Assembly: GCA_029269845.2 (NCBI GenBank)
Contig: CP149973.1
Location: 1,740,001 to 1,772,000, forward strand
Direction of reading: 5' to 3'
Length of the DNA stretch: 32,000 nt
DNA from: Opitutia bacterium KCR 482
Lineage (GTDB): Bacteria > Verrucomicrobiota > Verrucomicrobiia > Opitutales > Intestinicryptomonadaceae
The first letter of the stretch is position 1. The number at the start of each line of letters is the position of its first letter. Below the pieces are notes generated by a model. It searched no databases. It was not told the DNA's origin and saw nothing but the letters and a program-made list of their open reading frames with translations. Below, in pieces: positions 23,980-32,000 of the stretch. Position numbers and translations under genes: made by a program.

Positions 23980-24272
23980 AAAGGCGAGGCCCTTTACGAT
24001 TATTTCTTATACAGCGGCGCGGGTATACCCGCGCCTTTTTTGTATAAGTACGCATTGCCGTTTGCAATGGCTTGGTTTTGCGAACTCAAAATGCGCTTGC
24101 CGAAACGTGAGCGCAAAGGCGAAGCCCTTGACGAAAACTTCTTATGCAACGGCGCGGGTATACCCGCGCCTTTTCTGTATAAGGGGCGCATTGCCGCTGG
24201 CAATGGCTTGGTGTAGGGAACTCTCAGGTGTTGGTTGCCGAAACGTGAGCGCAAAGGCGGAGCCCTTGATGT
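23980..24272. repeat. Tandem repeat, ~135-138 bp period, 2 full units plus start of a third
   Basis: Units start at about 23980, 24115 and 24253, each with AAAGGCG(A/G)(A/G)GCCCTT. Units 1 and 2 are roughly 80% identical by eye. Each carries the perfect palindrome GGCGCGGGTATACCCGCGCC (24016-24035, 24151-24170), a CATTGC/GCAATG hairpin, and the identical 18-mer TTGCCGAAACGTGAGCGC. Confidence 0.8.
24006..24048 (+). terminator. Probable mdh terminator formed by repeat unit 1
   Basis: Inner 9-10 bp GC stem (the 20-bp palindrome) followed by T6 (24036-24041). Outer arms CTTATACA / TGTATAAG extend the structure. Confidence 0.55.
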
Positions 24273-24360
24273 TCGGGCTTTGCTTGTGGCGGGGGGCGGT
24301 AGCGGCTCGAGTCGGCGTTTTAAATGCGGCTTTTGGTATGCGAGGAGGGCTGTATTGCGC

Positions 24361-25068
24361 CTAAAATTCGGCTATGAGTTTCCCGATTTTCAGACTGTCG
24401 GTTTCCCTGTTTTTTGCGGCTTCGCGGGCGGTCTGCGCCGGCGCGGGGAATTCGTTTTTGAAGTACGAAAACAGCATCTCGGAGTATTCGCGCGTAAATT
24501 CGGGGTGTCCCTGAAAGCACAGAACTTTATTGCCGATTCCGAACGATTCTACTGGGCAAAACTCGCTTCCCGAAAGGCGTTCCGCGCCGTCGGGCAGTTT
24601 CAAAACCTGGTCGTGGTGGTTGTAGTCGAGCCAGAAGCCGCCGTCGGGAAATTGTGCCGACATAAATTCGGACGCCGACGGCGAGAATCTGATTCCCTCG
24701 CCCCAGCCGACTTTTGCGCGTTCGACGTGTCCGCCGAGCGCGTCCGCCACGAGCTGGTGTCCGAAGCAGATTCCCGCTATTTTCGCGTTTGCCGCAAATG
24801 CCAAGCGCACAAAATTTTTCAGCCGCGCAATCCATTCGTCGGCGTCGTACGCGCTCGACAGGCTGCCCGTTATGACGTATTTTGCGCCCGCTTCGGGGCG
24901 GGGCAGTTCGCCGTGTTTTGCGTCGAATACGGCGAATTGCGTTGTTCCCGCCGCGCGGAAGAGGTCGGCGAAAAGTTGCGGATATTCGGGCGTAGGGCGT
25001 CCGAAGGCGCGTCTTTGCTCGCCGAAATCCTCGCATGAAATTATGTTTATTTTCACGGGAAACGACAT
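24361..25068 (-). CDS. Class I glutamine amidotransferase-like protein (GuaA-N/COG0518-like)
   Basis: The track start 25086 is TTG; ATG 25068 (MSFPVKINIISCEDFG) is preferred. The catalytic Cys block is GICFGHQLV and the His/Glu block is FQGHPEF. Confidence 0.75.
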   Translation of the reverse strand: MSFPVKINIISCEDFGEQRRAFGRPTPEYPQLFADLFRAAGTTQFAVFDAKHGELPRPEAGAKYVITGSLSSAYDADEWIARLKNFVRLAFAANAKIAGICFGHQLVADALGGHVERAKVGWGEGIRFSPSASEFMSAQFPDGGFWLDYNHHDQVLKLPDGAERLSGSEFCPVESFGIGNKVLCFQGHPEFTREYSEMLFSYFKNEFPAPAQTAREAAKNRETDSLKIGKLIAEF

Positions 25069-25103
25069 CTTACACGCCCGCTGCAAAAATCAAATTTTTT
25101 TTG

Positions 25104-25132
25104 CAAAAAAACGGAGGCGTTTCCGTCTCCGT
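25104..25132 (-). terminator. Rho-independent terminator after ybaB (minus strand)
   Basis: Minus-strand ACGGAGACG-GAAA-CGCCTCCGT (one G-T pair) followed by T7, which is the plus-strand A-run at 25105-25111. Confidence 0.6.
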
Positions 25133-25158
25133 TCGTCGAGAGTTTTTGCGCGTCTGCG

Positions 25159-25461
25159 TTAGAAGGGGAGCGAGAAGCCGCCCGTGATTGACGACATCTT
25201 TTCTTCGCTCGCCTGTTTCGCTTTTGCCGCGGCGTCCTGAACCGCAGCCACGACCGAAGTTTCGACGCTCGCGGCGTCCTCCTTCAAAAATTCGGGGTCG
25301 ATTTTTATCGATTTCAGTGCGCCCTGTCCGTTGACGACCGCCTTGACTGCGCCGCCCGCCGCCGAGCCTTCGATGTCGAGTGCTTCAAGCTCGCTTTGCG
25401 CGGCTTCCATTGCCTTTTGCATTTTCTGCGCCTGTTTGAGAAGTTTGCCTACTCCGGGCAT
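25159..25461 (-). CDS. ybaB: YbaB/EbfC family nucleoid-associated protein
   Basis: 100 aa. Family-typical LLKQAQKMQKAMEAAQSELEAL..EGSAAGGAVKAVVNGQG.LKSIKIDPE. AAGGA lies upstream of the ATG. Confidence 0.9.
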   Translation of the reverse strand: MPGVGKLLKQAQKMQKAMEAAQSELEALDIEGSAAGGAVKAVVNGQGALKSIKIDPEFLKEDAASVETSVVAAVQDAAAKAKQASEEKMSSITGGFSLPF

Positions 25462-25494
25462 GATGTTTCCTTTTTTTAATTGTGAATATTGCGG

Positions 25495-26937
25495 TTAAAT
25501 GTGTTTTATTGTAACGAGTGTAAGGTCGTCGGCGTATGTCGAATTTTTCATGAAGCGTTCGACGTCGGCGATGATTTCGTTGTTGATGTCGGCGGCGTTT
25601 TTCGCGGCGACCGCCGAGACCTCCTCGGCGAGTTTTGCGGTTGTGTATTCGTTTCCGTCGGGGTCTGCTGCTTCGGTTATGCCGTCTGTGTATAGTGTGA
25701 AGATGTCGCCGCGGGCGAAGTCGAACGAGACGTCCTCCATCGTTTCGTCGAAGATGTCGGGCGCGACCATGCCGAGCGCCATTCCGCCGCTTCTGATTTT
25801 TTCGGTTTTCCCCGTGGCGGCGCGGTAGAGCAGGGCGGGTTCGTGCCCCGCGCGGGCGAGCGTGATTTTCGACGCGTTCGAGTCAATCACTGCGTAGACC
25901 ATCGAGATAAACATGTCGGAGCGCATTGCCACCACCATTTCGGCGTTGAGCTTTCTGAGCGTGTCGGACGGCGACGCGCTTCCCCTCGCGATGTACCGCA
26001 GTTTTGTCTGGCAAATCGCCATGATAATCGCCGCCGAAACTCCCTTGCCCGACACGTCGCCCACGACTATTCCGAGCTTGCCGTCGGGCAGTTCGATGAA
26101 GTCGTAGAAGTCGCCGCCGATGAGCTGTTGCGGGAAGTATTTCACCGCGAATTCGAGGTTTTCCGTATTGGCGAGCTTTGCGGGCAGAAGGTATTGCTGC
26201 ACGCCGCTTGCGAGGCGGAGGTCGAACTCCATTTTGTTTTTGAGGATTAGCGCGGAGACCGCCTCTATGTTGTGGAGCGCAAGTCCCGCCTGTTCTCCGA
26301 GCGAGCGCGCGAGCGAGAAATCCGTCCGCGTGAACGAGCAGCCCGAAATCGGGTTCGCCACCGCGAGCACTCCGTAGAGTTTGCCCGAAAATATCACGGG
26401 CACGGCAATCAGGCTGCGGATTTTCAGCGATTCGTCTTCGTGTTTTATTGCGCGCGTGTCCTTTTCTGCGCGTTTTACCAAAATTCCGCGTTTTTCCGCC
26501 GCCACGCGCCCGACTATTCCGCTGTTCGGCGCAAGAATTTCCTCCGCGAGCGCGTCCTCCAAAAATTTTGAGCGCAGAATGTCCGACTTCTGTTTGGGGA
26601 TTTTTTTCGACTGCGGCGGGAACAGCCCCTCCGTCGCCATCGCTTTGAGTTGTCCGTCGGGGAGTTTTTCGTAGAGGCATGCGCTCATTGCCCCGCACGA
26701 AAGCGCGGTTGCACGCACAATGCGTTTGTAGAGGTTCGACTTATAGTGCGACGGTTCGCCCGCGCTGCCGATGTCCTCCGCCGTCTTGTGTAGGAATTCT
26801 ATGACGACGTCGGTTTCCTCGCGCTGCCTGTCGATTTCCTCCCTCGCGCGGAAGTATTCGCGCCGCCAGTAAAGCCCCAGCCCGAACGACACCAGCGCGA
26901 CCGCCGCGCAGAGAAAAATTGTTTCGGGCGACTCCAT
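25495..26937 (-). CDS. Membrane-anchored GAF + PP2C (SpoIIE/RsbU-type) serine phosphatase
   Basis: One N-terminal TM helix (IFLCAAVALVSFGLGLYW), a central GAF-like region (..IRSLIAVPVIFSGKLYGVLAVANP), and a PP2C block LIGGDFYDF..GIVVGDVSGKGVSAAIIMA, TLYTDGITEA. Start is ATG 26937 or GTG 26940, overlapping the STAS stop. Confidence 0.85.
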   Translation of the reverse strand: MESPETIFLCAAVALVSFGLGLYWRREYFRAREEIDRQREETDVVIEFLHKTAEDIGSAGEPSHYKSNLYKRIVRATALSCGAMSACLYEKLPDGQLKAMATEGLFPPQSKKIPKQKSDILRSKFLEDALAEEILAPNSGIVGRVAAEKRGILVKRAEKDTRAIKHEDESLKIRSLIAVPVIFSGKLYGVLAVANPISGCSFTRTDFSLARSLGEQAGLALHNIEAVSALILKNKMEFDLRLASGVQQYLLPAKLANTENLEFAVKYFPQQLIGGDFYDFIELPDGKLGIVVGDVSGKGVSAAIIMAICQTKLRYIARGSASPSDTLRKLNAEMVVAMRSDMFISMVYAVIDSNASKITLARAGHEPALLYRAATGKTEKIRSGGMALGMVAPDIFDETMEDVSFDFARGDIFTLYTDGITEAADPDGNEYTTAKLAEEVSAVAAKNAADINNEIIADVERFMKNSTYADDLTLVTIKHI

Positions 26938-27410
26938 CACGCCTTGTTTTCCTTTTTCAAGAAGCTTATTACGTCCTCGAATTTCGCTAGGTTTGCGGCG
27001 TCGGCGTCAACGAGGTTTTGGTGCGCGTCGAGAATCGCCGAGGTCGGCGCGGACGCCGACGGCAGGGTGTCGCCGAGGTTCGCGTCAATCGAGCCGTCCG
27101 AGATTTTTACGAGCCTTGCTATTCCGAGGTTTTCCACGAGTTCGCGGTTGCGTTCGTTGAGGTTGAGCAGCAGCAGTTCGCCGTCCGACTTTTTGAGTTT
27201 CAACGCCACACCCGCAATCATTCCCAGAAACGTGCTGTCCATGCCCGTGCATTTTTCGAGCTGGACAAGCACTTTCGTACAGCCCTTTTCGACCGCCGAC
27301 GCGAAGAATTCCCCCGCGCTTCGGCAGTTCAGATAGCCAGCCTTTCCCGCAACCGCCAGCATTGCGGTTTTGCCGCAAATTCTAACGAGATATTTTGTTT
27401 CTTCACCCAT
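26937..27410 (-). CDS. STAS-domain anti-sigma-factor antagonist-like protein (RsbV/SpoIIAA-like) with C-terminal extension
   Basis: The STAS pattern has the phospho-acceptor context CTGMDSTFLGMIAG and LLLLNLNERNRELVENLGI. About 50 extra C-terminal residues. The stop overlaps the phosphatase start (minus-strand sequence GTGATG). Confidence 0.8.
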   Translation of the reverse strand: MGEETKYLVRICGKTAMLAVAGKAGYLNCRSAGEFFASAVEKGCTKVLVQLEKCTGMDSTFLGMIAGVALKLKKSDGELLLLNLNERNRELVENLGIARLVKISDGSIDANLGDTLPSASAPTSAILDAHQNLVDADAANLAKFEDVISFLKKENKA

Positions 27411-27434
27411 AGTGATTTGAGCGGAAAAGACCGA

Positions 27435-30089
27435 TTATTTGTTAAGGATTTTTTTCAGGACGTATGGCAGAATGCCCGCCTCCTTATAGAAATCCACTTC
27501 AATCGGCGTGTCCACGCGCAGGAGCAGTTCGGCGGTTTTCACCGAGCCGTCGGGCTTCGTTATTTTGAGCGTCGCCTTTGCGGCGGGCTTGATTTCGCCA
27601 TCTATCGTGAACGTTTCCGTTCCGTCTATTCCCAGCGACGCAGCGTCTTCGCCGTTTGTGAATTCGTAGGGCAGAACTCCCATTCCCACGAGATTGCTGC
27701 GGTGGATTCTTTCGAAAGACTTCGCCACAACCGCCCTCACTCCGAGCAGCTTCGTTCCCTTTGCCGCCCAGTCGCGCGAGCTTCCCATGCCGTAGTCTAT
27801 TCCGCCGAAAACAATCAGCCCTTCGCCGCGCTTGCGGTATTCCTCCGCCGCGTCGAAGATTGACACGTTTTCGCCCGCGCCGTCGATTTTCGTGTAGCCG
27901 CCTTCGACGCCGCCCGCCATTTTGTTTTTTATGCGGACGTTCGCGAAAGTGCCGCGCGTCATGACTCTGTCGTTGCCGCGTCTCGATCCGTAGGAGTTGA
28001 AGTCCTTTTGTTCCACGCCGTGTTCGCGCAGGTATTTGCCCGCGGGGCCGTCGGGGCGGATTGCGCCCGCGGGCGAGATGTGGTCGGTCGTGACCGAATC
28101 TCCGAGGATTGCGAGCGGGCGCAGGTTTTGCAGTCCCGCGATTTTCGGCGCGCCCATTGTGAACTCTTCGAAGAACGGCGGGTTCTGAATGTAGGTGCTG
28201 TCGGGATTCCACTTGTAGACGCTTCCCGCCGAGCTTTCGATTTTCTGCCAGCGGTCGGGCCCGCGCATGTCGGAGTAGCGTTTTTTGAACATCTCGCTCT
28301 TGACGTTCTTTGCGACCGTTTCGGCGACTTCGCGCGAGGACGGCCAAATGTCGGAGAGGTACACGTCTTTGCCGTCGGGCGTTTTTGCGAGCGGCTCCCT
28401 GTCGAAGTCGATGTCGATTCTGCCTGCGATTGCGAACGCCACGACGAGCGGCGGGCTCATGAGGTAGTTCGCTTTGAGGAGCGCGTGCACGCGCGCTTCG
28501 AAGTTTCTGTTGCCCGAAAGCACGCTTGCGCATGCGAGGTCGTTTGCCTTTACCGCTTCGGAAATTTCGTCGTCAATCGGCCCCGAGTTGCCTATGCAGG
28601 TTGCGCAGCCGTAGCCCGCGAGGTTGAAGCCGAGCATGTCGAGGTACTTTTGAAGCCCCGCCGATTCGAGATAGTCGGACACCACGCGCGAGCCGGGGGC
28701 GATTGTGGTCTTGACGTATTTCGGCGGCTTGATTCCGAGTTCCGCCGCCTTTTTAGCCACAAGACCCGCCGCTACCATAACAGAGGGGTTCGACGTGTTT
28801 GTGCAGCTTGTTATCGCCGCGATGAGCACGCTGCCGTCGCCGATTTTGCCTTTCGAGGTTTCGGCTTCTGCGGACTTTTTGCCTTTTGTTTCGGCGATGA
28901 AAGTTTCGAACGATTTTTTGACGTCGGCAAGCTCGATTCTGTCCTGCGGGCGCTTCGGGCCCGCGATTGCGGGCTTCACTTTCGAGAGGTCAAGTTCGAG
29001 CGTTTTTGTGTAGTCGCACTCGCCTTTGAGCGGTATGCCGAAGATTCCCTGTTCCTTGAAGTAGTCGCGGACGAGCGCGATTTGCTTTTCGCTTCTGCCG
29101 CTCAGGCGCAGGTATTCGAGCGTCGTTTCGTCAACGGGGAAGTAGCCCATTGTCGCGCCGTATTCGGGAGCCATGTTGGCGATTGTCGTTCTGTCGGCAA
29201 GAGACAGCTTTCTTGCGCCTTCGCCGAAGAATTCCACGAATTTGCCCACGACCTTTTCCTTTCTGAGCATTTGCGTAACGAACAGCGCGAGGTCCGTCGC
29301 CATGACGCCCTCCGCCAGTTCGCCCGAAACGTGCACGCCCACAACTTCGGGCACTTTGAAGTACACGGGCTGTCCGAGCATGCCCGCTTCCGCCTCGATT
29401 CCGCCGACGCCCCAGCCTACGACGCCAAGCCCGTTAATCATCGTTGTGTGCGAGTCCGTGCCTACGAGCGTGTCGGGGTAGAAGATTGTTTCGCCGTCCT
29501 CTTTGCCCTCAAAGACGAGCCGCGCAAGGTACTCCATGTTGATTTGGTGGATAATGCCCGTCGAGGGCGGCACGACCGAAAACGTCTTGAACGCCTGCTG
29601 CCCCCATTTGAGGAATTCGTATCTTTCGCGGTTGCGCTCGAACTCCTTTTCGAGGTTCTTTTCGAAAGCTTCGGGGACTCCCGCGCAGTCCATCTGCACC
29701 GAGTGGTCGACGACCAAGTCCACGGGCACGAGCGGCTCGACCACCGCGGGGTCTTTGCCCTGTTTTGCGGCGGCGTCGCGCATTGCCGCGAGGTCTACGA
29801 GCAGCGGAACGCCGGTGAAGTCCTGCAAAACGATTCTCGAAACAACGAATGGTACTTCGTAGTCGCCGGGGTTTGCCGCGTTCCACGCCGCGAGCTTTTT
29901 GACGTCGGCTTCCGTGGCGCGGTTGCCGTCGCAGTTTCTGAGCACGCTTTCGAGCACAATCTTTATGCCCACGGGCAGTCTCGACACGTCGAAGCCCGAT
30001 TTTTCAAGCTCTTTGAGGCTGTATATATAACCCTTTGCGCCGCCTTCTTCCGACGCAAACTTTTTCAGTGTATTGAGCGGATTTTTCAT
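27435..30089 (-). CDS. acnA: Aconitate hydratase A
   Basis: The track start 30131 would overlap the upstream gene. ATG 30089 ([11 protein letters not shown]) gives ~884 aa. Fe-S ligand blocks are [10 protein letters not shown] and [11 protein letters not shown], and [12 protein letters not shown] is present. Confidence 0.95.
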   Translation of the reverse strand: MKNPLNTLKKFASEEGGAKGYIYSLKELEKSGFDVSRLPVGIKIVLESVLRNCDGNRATEADVKKLAAWNAANPGDYEVPFVVSRIVLQDFTGVPLLVDLAAMRDAAAKQGKDPAVVEPLVPVDLVVDHSVQMDCAGVPEAFEKNLEKEFERNRERYEFLKWGQQAFKTFSVVPPSTGIIHQINMEYLARLVFEGKEDGETIFYPDTLVGTDSHTTMINGLGVVGWGVGGIEAEAGMLGQPVYFKVPEVVGVHVSGELAEGVMATDLALFVTQMLRKEKVVGKFVEFFGEGARKLSLADRTTIANMAPEYGATMGYFPVDETTLEYLRLSGRSEKQIALVRDYFKEQGIFGIPLKGECDYTKTLELDLSKVKPAIAGPKRPQDRIELADVKKSFETFIAETKGKKSAEAETSKGKIGDGSVLIAAITSCTNTSNPSVMVAAGLVAKKAAELGIKPPKYVKTTIAPGSRVVSDYLESAGLQKYLDMLGFNLAGYGCATCIGNSGPIDDEISEAVKANDLACASVLSGNRNFEARVHALLKANYLMSPPLVVAFAIAGRIDIDFDREPLAKTPDGKDVYLSDIWPSSREVAETVAKNVKSEMFKKRYSDMRGPDRWQKIESSAGSVYKWNPDSTYIQNPPFFEEFTMGAPKIAGLQNLRPLAILGDSVTTDHISPAGAIRPDGPAGKYLREHGVEQKDFNSYGSRRGNDRVMTRGTFANVRIKNKMAGGVEGGYTKIDGAGENVSIFDAAEEYRKRGEGLIVFGGIDYGMGSSRDWAAKGTKLLGVRAVVAKSFERIHRSNLVGMGVLPYEFTNGEDAASLGIDGTETFTIDGEIKPAAKATLKITKPDGSVKTAELLLRVDTPIEVDFYKEAGILPYVLKKILNK

Positions 30090-30102
30090 GTATAAAATTC
30101 CT

Positions 30103-31416
30103 CTAATCTTCGTTTTTTTCGGCGTCCTCAATCTCGACCGTGCATTCCCCGACGAGCTTGTCTTCGACGGTGTCGATTCTGATACGCATGCGCTGTTCCT
30201 TCAAGTAGAGACGTTCGCCTTTTTCGGGGAATCTGCCAAGCAAAAAAGTAATCAAACCGCCGAAAGTGGAGACTTCGTCGGTATCGAAATCTACGTCGAG
30301 AAAGTCCTCCACGCTTCTGAGTGTGGCGCGTCCGCGCACGAGGTATTTTTTGCGTCCGAGGGCCTTGATGTCGCTTGTGCGCGAGCGGTCGAACTCGTCG
30401 CGGATTTTCCCGACAAGCTCTCCGAGCGCGGCGTCGAGCGTAAGCACCCCGATGACCCCGCCGAATTCGTCCTCCACCAGAGCCATGTGCAGCCTGTATT
30501 TCAGAAGCTTTGCGAGCGCGCTTTCGAGCTTGTCGTTCTCCCTCACGCGGAACGTCTCGCGGCGGATTTTCATGAAGTCTATCGCGTCGGGGTTCGCCAC
30601 GCCGCCGTTTATGAAAATGTCCTTGATGTGGACAATCCCGAAGCAGTTGTCGAGGTCGTCCTTGCAGAGCGGGTAGCGCGTGTGGTTCGACTCCGTCGCC
30701 CGCGCGACGTTTTCGGCGTTCGAGCATTCGGTGTCGAGGTACACAACCTGGCTTCGCGGCAGCATTACGTCGCTTGCGTCAAGCTCCTGCAATTTGAAGG
30801 CGTTTTTTACGATTTTCCCCGTGTAGGGCGTGATTGCCTCCGCGTCGTTTTCTTCGGCGCGGAGCATCATTTCAACGTCGATGTAGTCGAAGCCGACTTC
30901 GAGGTCTTTGAGCTTTTTCGGCAGGAGTCTTGCCCCCAGTCGTCTCGACAGGAATTCGAAAGGCAGAAAAACCGCGAACGCAGCGTACATTGCGCCCCCG
31001 AGTTTCGCCATCGTCTTTTCGGGGAAGTTGCGCCCCAGCCGCATTGCGGGAATGTCGAACACCGCGTACTGCACGAACAGCACCGCCAACGCAGCCGCCA
31101 CCGCGATTGCCGCGCCCGAAAACGTGGAGGGGCGAGCTCCGCAGACAAGCTCGTCCATTCCGTCCGCCGCGAAGTACGCCATGACCGTGCCCACAGCGAA
31201 CAGAAACCTGCGGCCGAGCGAGACGACCGACGCCGTCTTTTCGGAGTTCAGCACGCAGTACTTCGCCGCGCCCGAAAGCTTGGGCTTTTCGGGCTTGTTG
31301 AGGTTCGCGAATTTGTACGCCGCCACCGCAACCGACGCCGCCGCGAGGCACGAGCCCGCCGCCGTCGCCGCCAGCGCAAGCGACGCGCACAACGCTATCT
31401 GCCAGACGGGCGACAT
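30103..31416 (-). CDS. CNNM/CorC-HlyC family transporter (DUF21 + CBS pair + CorC_HlyC domain)
   Basis: The N-terminal ~190 aa have 4 hydrophobic helices. These are followed by a CBS pair ([12 protein letters not shown].., ..[19 protein letters not shown]) and a C-terminal transporter-associated domain. The ATG is 1 nt after the hisC stop. Confidence 0.85.
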   Translation of the reverse strand: MSPVWQIALCASLALAATAAGSCLAAASVAVAAYKFANLNKPEKPKLSGAAKYCVLNSEKTASVVSLGRRFLFAVGTVMAYFAADGMDELVCGARPSTFSGAAIAVAAALAVLFVQYAVFDIPAMRLGRNFPEKTMAKLGGAMYAAFAVFLPFEFLSRRLGARLLPKKLKDLEVGFDYIDVEMMLRAEENDAEAITPYTGKIVKNAFKLQELDASDVMLPRSQVVYLDTECSNAENVARATESNHTRYPLCKDDLDNCFGIVHIKDIFINGGVANPDAIDFMKIRRETFRVRENDKLESALAKLLKYRLHMALVEDEFGGVIGVLTLDAALGELVGKIRDEFDRSRTSDIKALGRKKYLVRGRATLRSVEDFLDVDFDTDEVSTFGGLITFLLGRFPEKGERLYLKEQRMRIRIDTVEDKLVGECTVEIEDAEKNED

Positions 31417-31417
31417 T

Positions 31418-32000
31418 CTATTTTGCGAATTTCGAAAGTTCGTCTATGCAGCGCTCGTTCTGTTCGGGCTTGCCGATTGTGATTCGCAGCCATTCGGGCA
31501 GTCCGTAGCCGACGTTCGGGCGCACGATTACCCCGCGCTTTTGCATCTGCACAAACACGTCGGGCGCGTTTTCCACTTTTACCATTACGAAATTCGCGCC
31601 GTCCGAATAGTATTCGAAGCCTAGCCTTTCGAAAGCCTCCACAAACTGCTTTCTGCCCGCGTTGTTCACGCGCCTGCTTTCCTCCACAAATTCGGTGTCG
31701 TCGAGAGCCGCCAGCGCGCCTACCTGCGCAAGGCTGTTTACGTTGAAGGGCTCGCGCACTCTGTTGATGTAGCCCGCAAGCTCTTCCGACGAGTACGAGT
31801 AGCCTATTCTAAGCCCCGCCAAGCCGTAGATTTTCGAGAACGTGCGCAGGCAGATTACATTGCGGCCCTCCGCGATGAGCGGGCGCAAGTCAACCTGTTC
31901 GTCCTGATATTCCGTGTAGGCTTCGTCGTAGCAGAACACGACGTGTTCGGGGAGAGAGCGCACAAAGTTTTCCACTTCCGACTGCTTCACGACGCAGCCC
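31418..32000 (-). CDS. hisC: Histidinol-phosphate aminotransferase (C-terminal part; 5' end outside window)
   Basis: The frame is open to the window edge. Motifs: DEAYTEY, the PLP-lysine block RTFSKIYGLAGLRIGY, REPFNVN, WLRITIG. Confidence 0.85.
   Translation of the reverse strand, partial: GCVVKQSEVENFVRSLPEHVVFCYDEAYTEYQDEQVDLRPLIAEGRNVICLRTFSKIYGLAGLRIGYSYSSEELAGYINRVREPFNVNSLAQVGALAALDDTEFVEESRRVNNAGRKQFVEAFERLGFEYYSDGANFVMVKVENAPDVFVQMQKRGVIVRPNVGYGLPEWLRITIGKPEQNERCIDELSKFAK

Noticed and set aside
17980-24125. Three GCGAAGC mini-hairpin motifs (17980, 18047, 24119) in the intergenic elements.
   Set aside because: A 7-mer is expected several times by chance in 64 kb of two-strand sequence. 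It is noted only as part of the local hairpins, not as an independent signal.
24000-24254. 84-aa minus-strand ORF with internally repeated YRKGAGIPAPL(H/Y)KK.
   Set aside because: The peptide repeat is simply the translation of the 135-bp DNA tandem repeat and its palindrome. There are no start context or coding signatures.
28008-30095. Very long antisense or alternate-frame ORFs opposite real genes: 28008-30095 (695 aa), 30073-31482, 20311-21624, 3273-4880, 5565-6863, 1873-3222, 12724-13689, 8379-9404, 16883-17752 and 18545-19330.
   Set aside because: Their translations are Arg/Ala/Gly/Val-rich low-complexity strings with no recognisable motifs. They lie exactly opposite strongly supported genes. 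This is the usual consequence of GC-rich codon bias, in which sense strands avoid TTA, CTA and TCA.

Overview
GC-rich (roughly 55-60% by eye), densely coding bacterial chromosomal segment with about 26 credible CDS. I recognise no rRNA, tRNA, CRISPR array, transposase, integrase or phage genes. The gene content suggests a PVC-group organism (Verrucomicrobiota, Lentisphaerota or Kiritimatiellota-like), but that is inference only: a PEP-CTERM protein, a Gfo/Idh/MocA + DUF1080 pair, GH97 enzymes, Lys/Ala-rich histone-H1-like proteins, an Rsb-type STAS/PP2C module and an LDH-like malate dehydrogenase.

Layout:
- Plus-strand block, 1-17647: oxidoreductase, HEAT-DUF1080 protein, two tandem GH97, H1-like protein, DegT aminotransferase, kdsB-kdsD-methyltransferase, PpiD-like chaperone, basic CBM20-like protein, PEP-CTERM protein, DMT transporter.
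- Minus-strand operon, 18234-21750: hpnH-like radical SAM, dinG, dimeric-dUTPase-like.
- Plus-strand pair, 21920-23979: DUF481 outer-membrane protein and mdh.
- Minus-strand block, 24361-32000: GATase, then ybaB, PP2C, STAS, acnA, CNNM/CorC and hisC.

Most of this is ordinary housekeeping DNA, and I cannot point to a canonical defence or mobile island. The signals not explained by the genes are:
1. Four unusually long intergenic regions (9486-10100, 15137-15452, 17648-18233, 23980-24360) carrying related GC-rich, hairpin-forming repeats. These include a ~190-bp-period array, a ~135-bp tandem repeat with a perfect 20-bp palindrome, and a ~270-nt hairpin-dense segment whose loops read GNRA/GAA only on the plus strand (candidate structured RNA).
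2. Two monocistronic Lys/Ala-rich basic proteins with Cys motifs, one fused to a CBM20-like domain.
3. A kinase-less STAS/GAF-PP2C partner-switching pair embedded between acnA and ybaB.
4. An hpnH-like radical SAM gene translationally coupled to dinG.
5. A possible membrane-anchored KdsB.

All functional calls are by-eye motif recognition. No searches were run.
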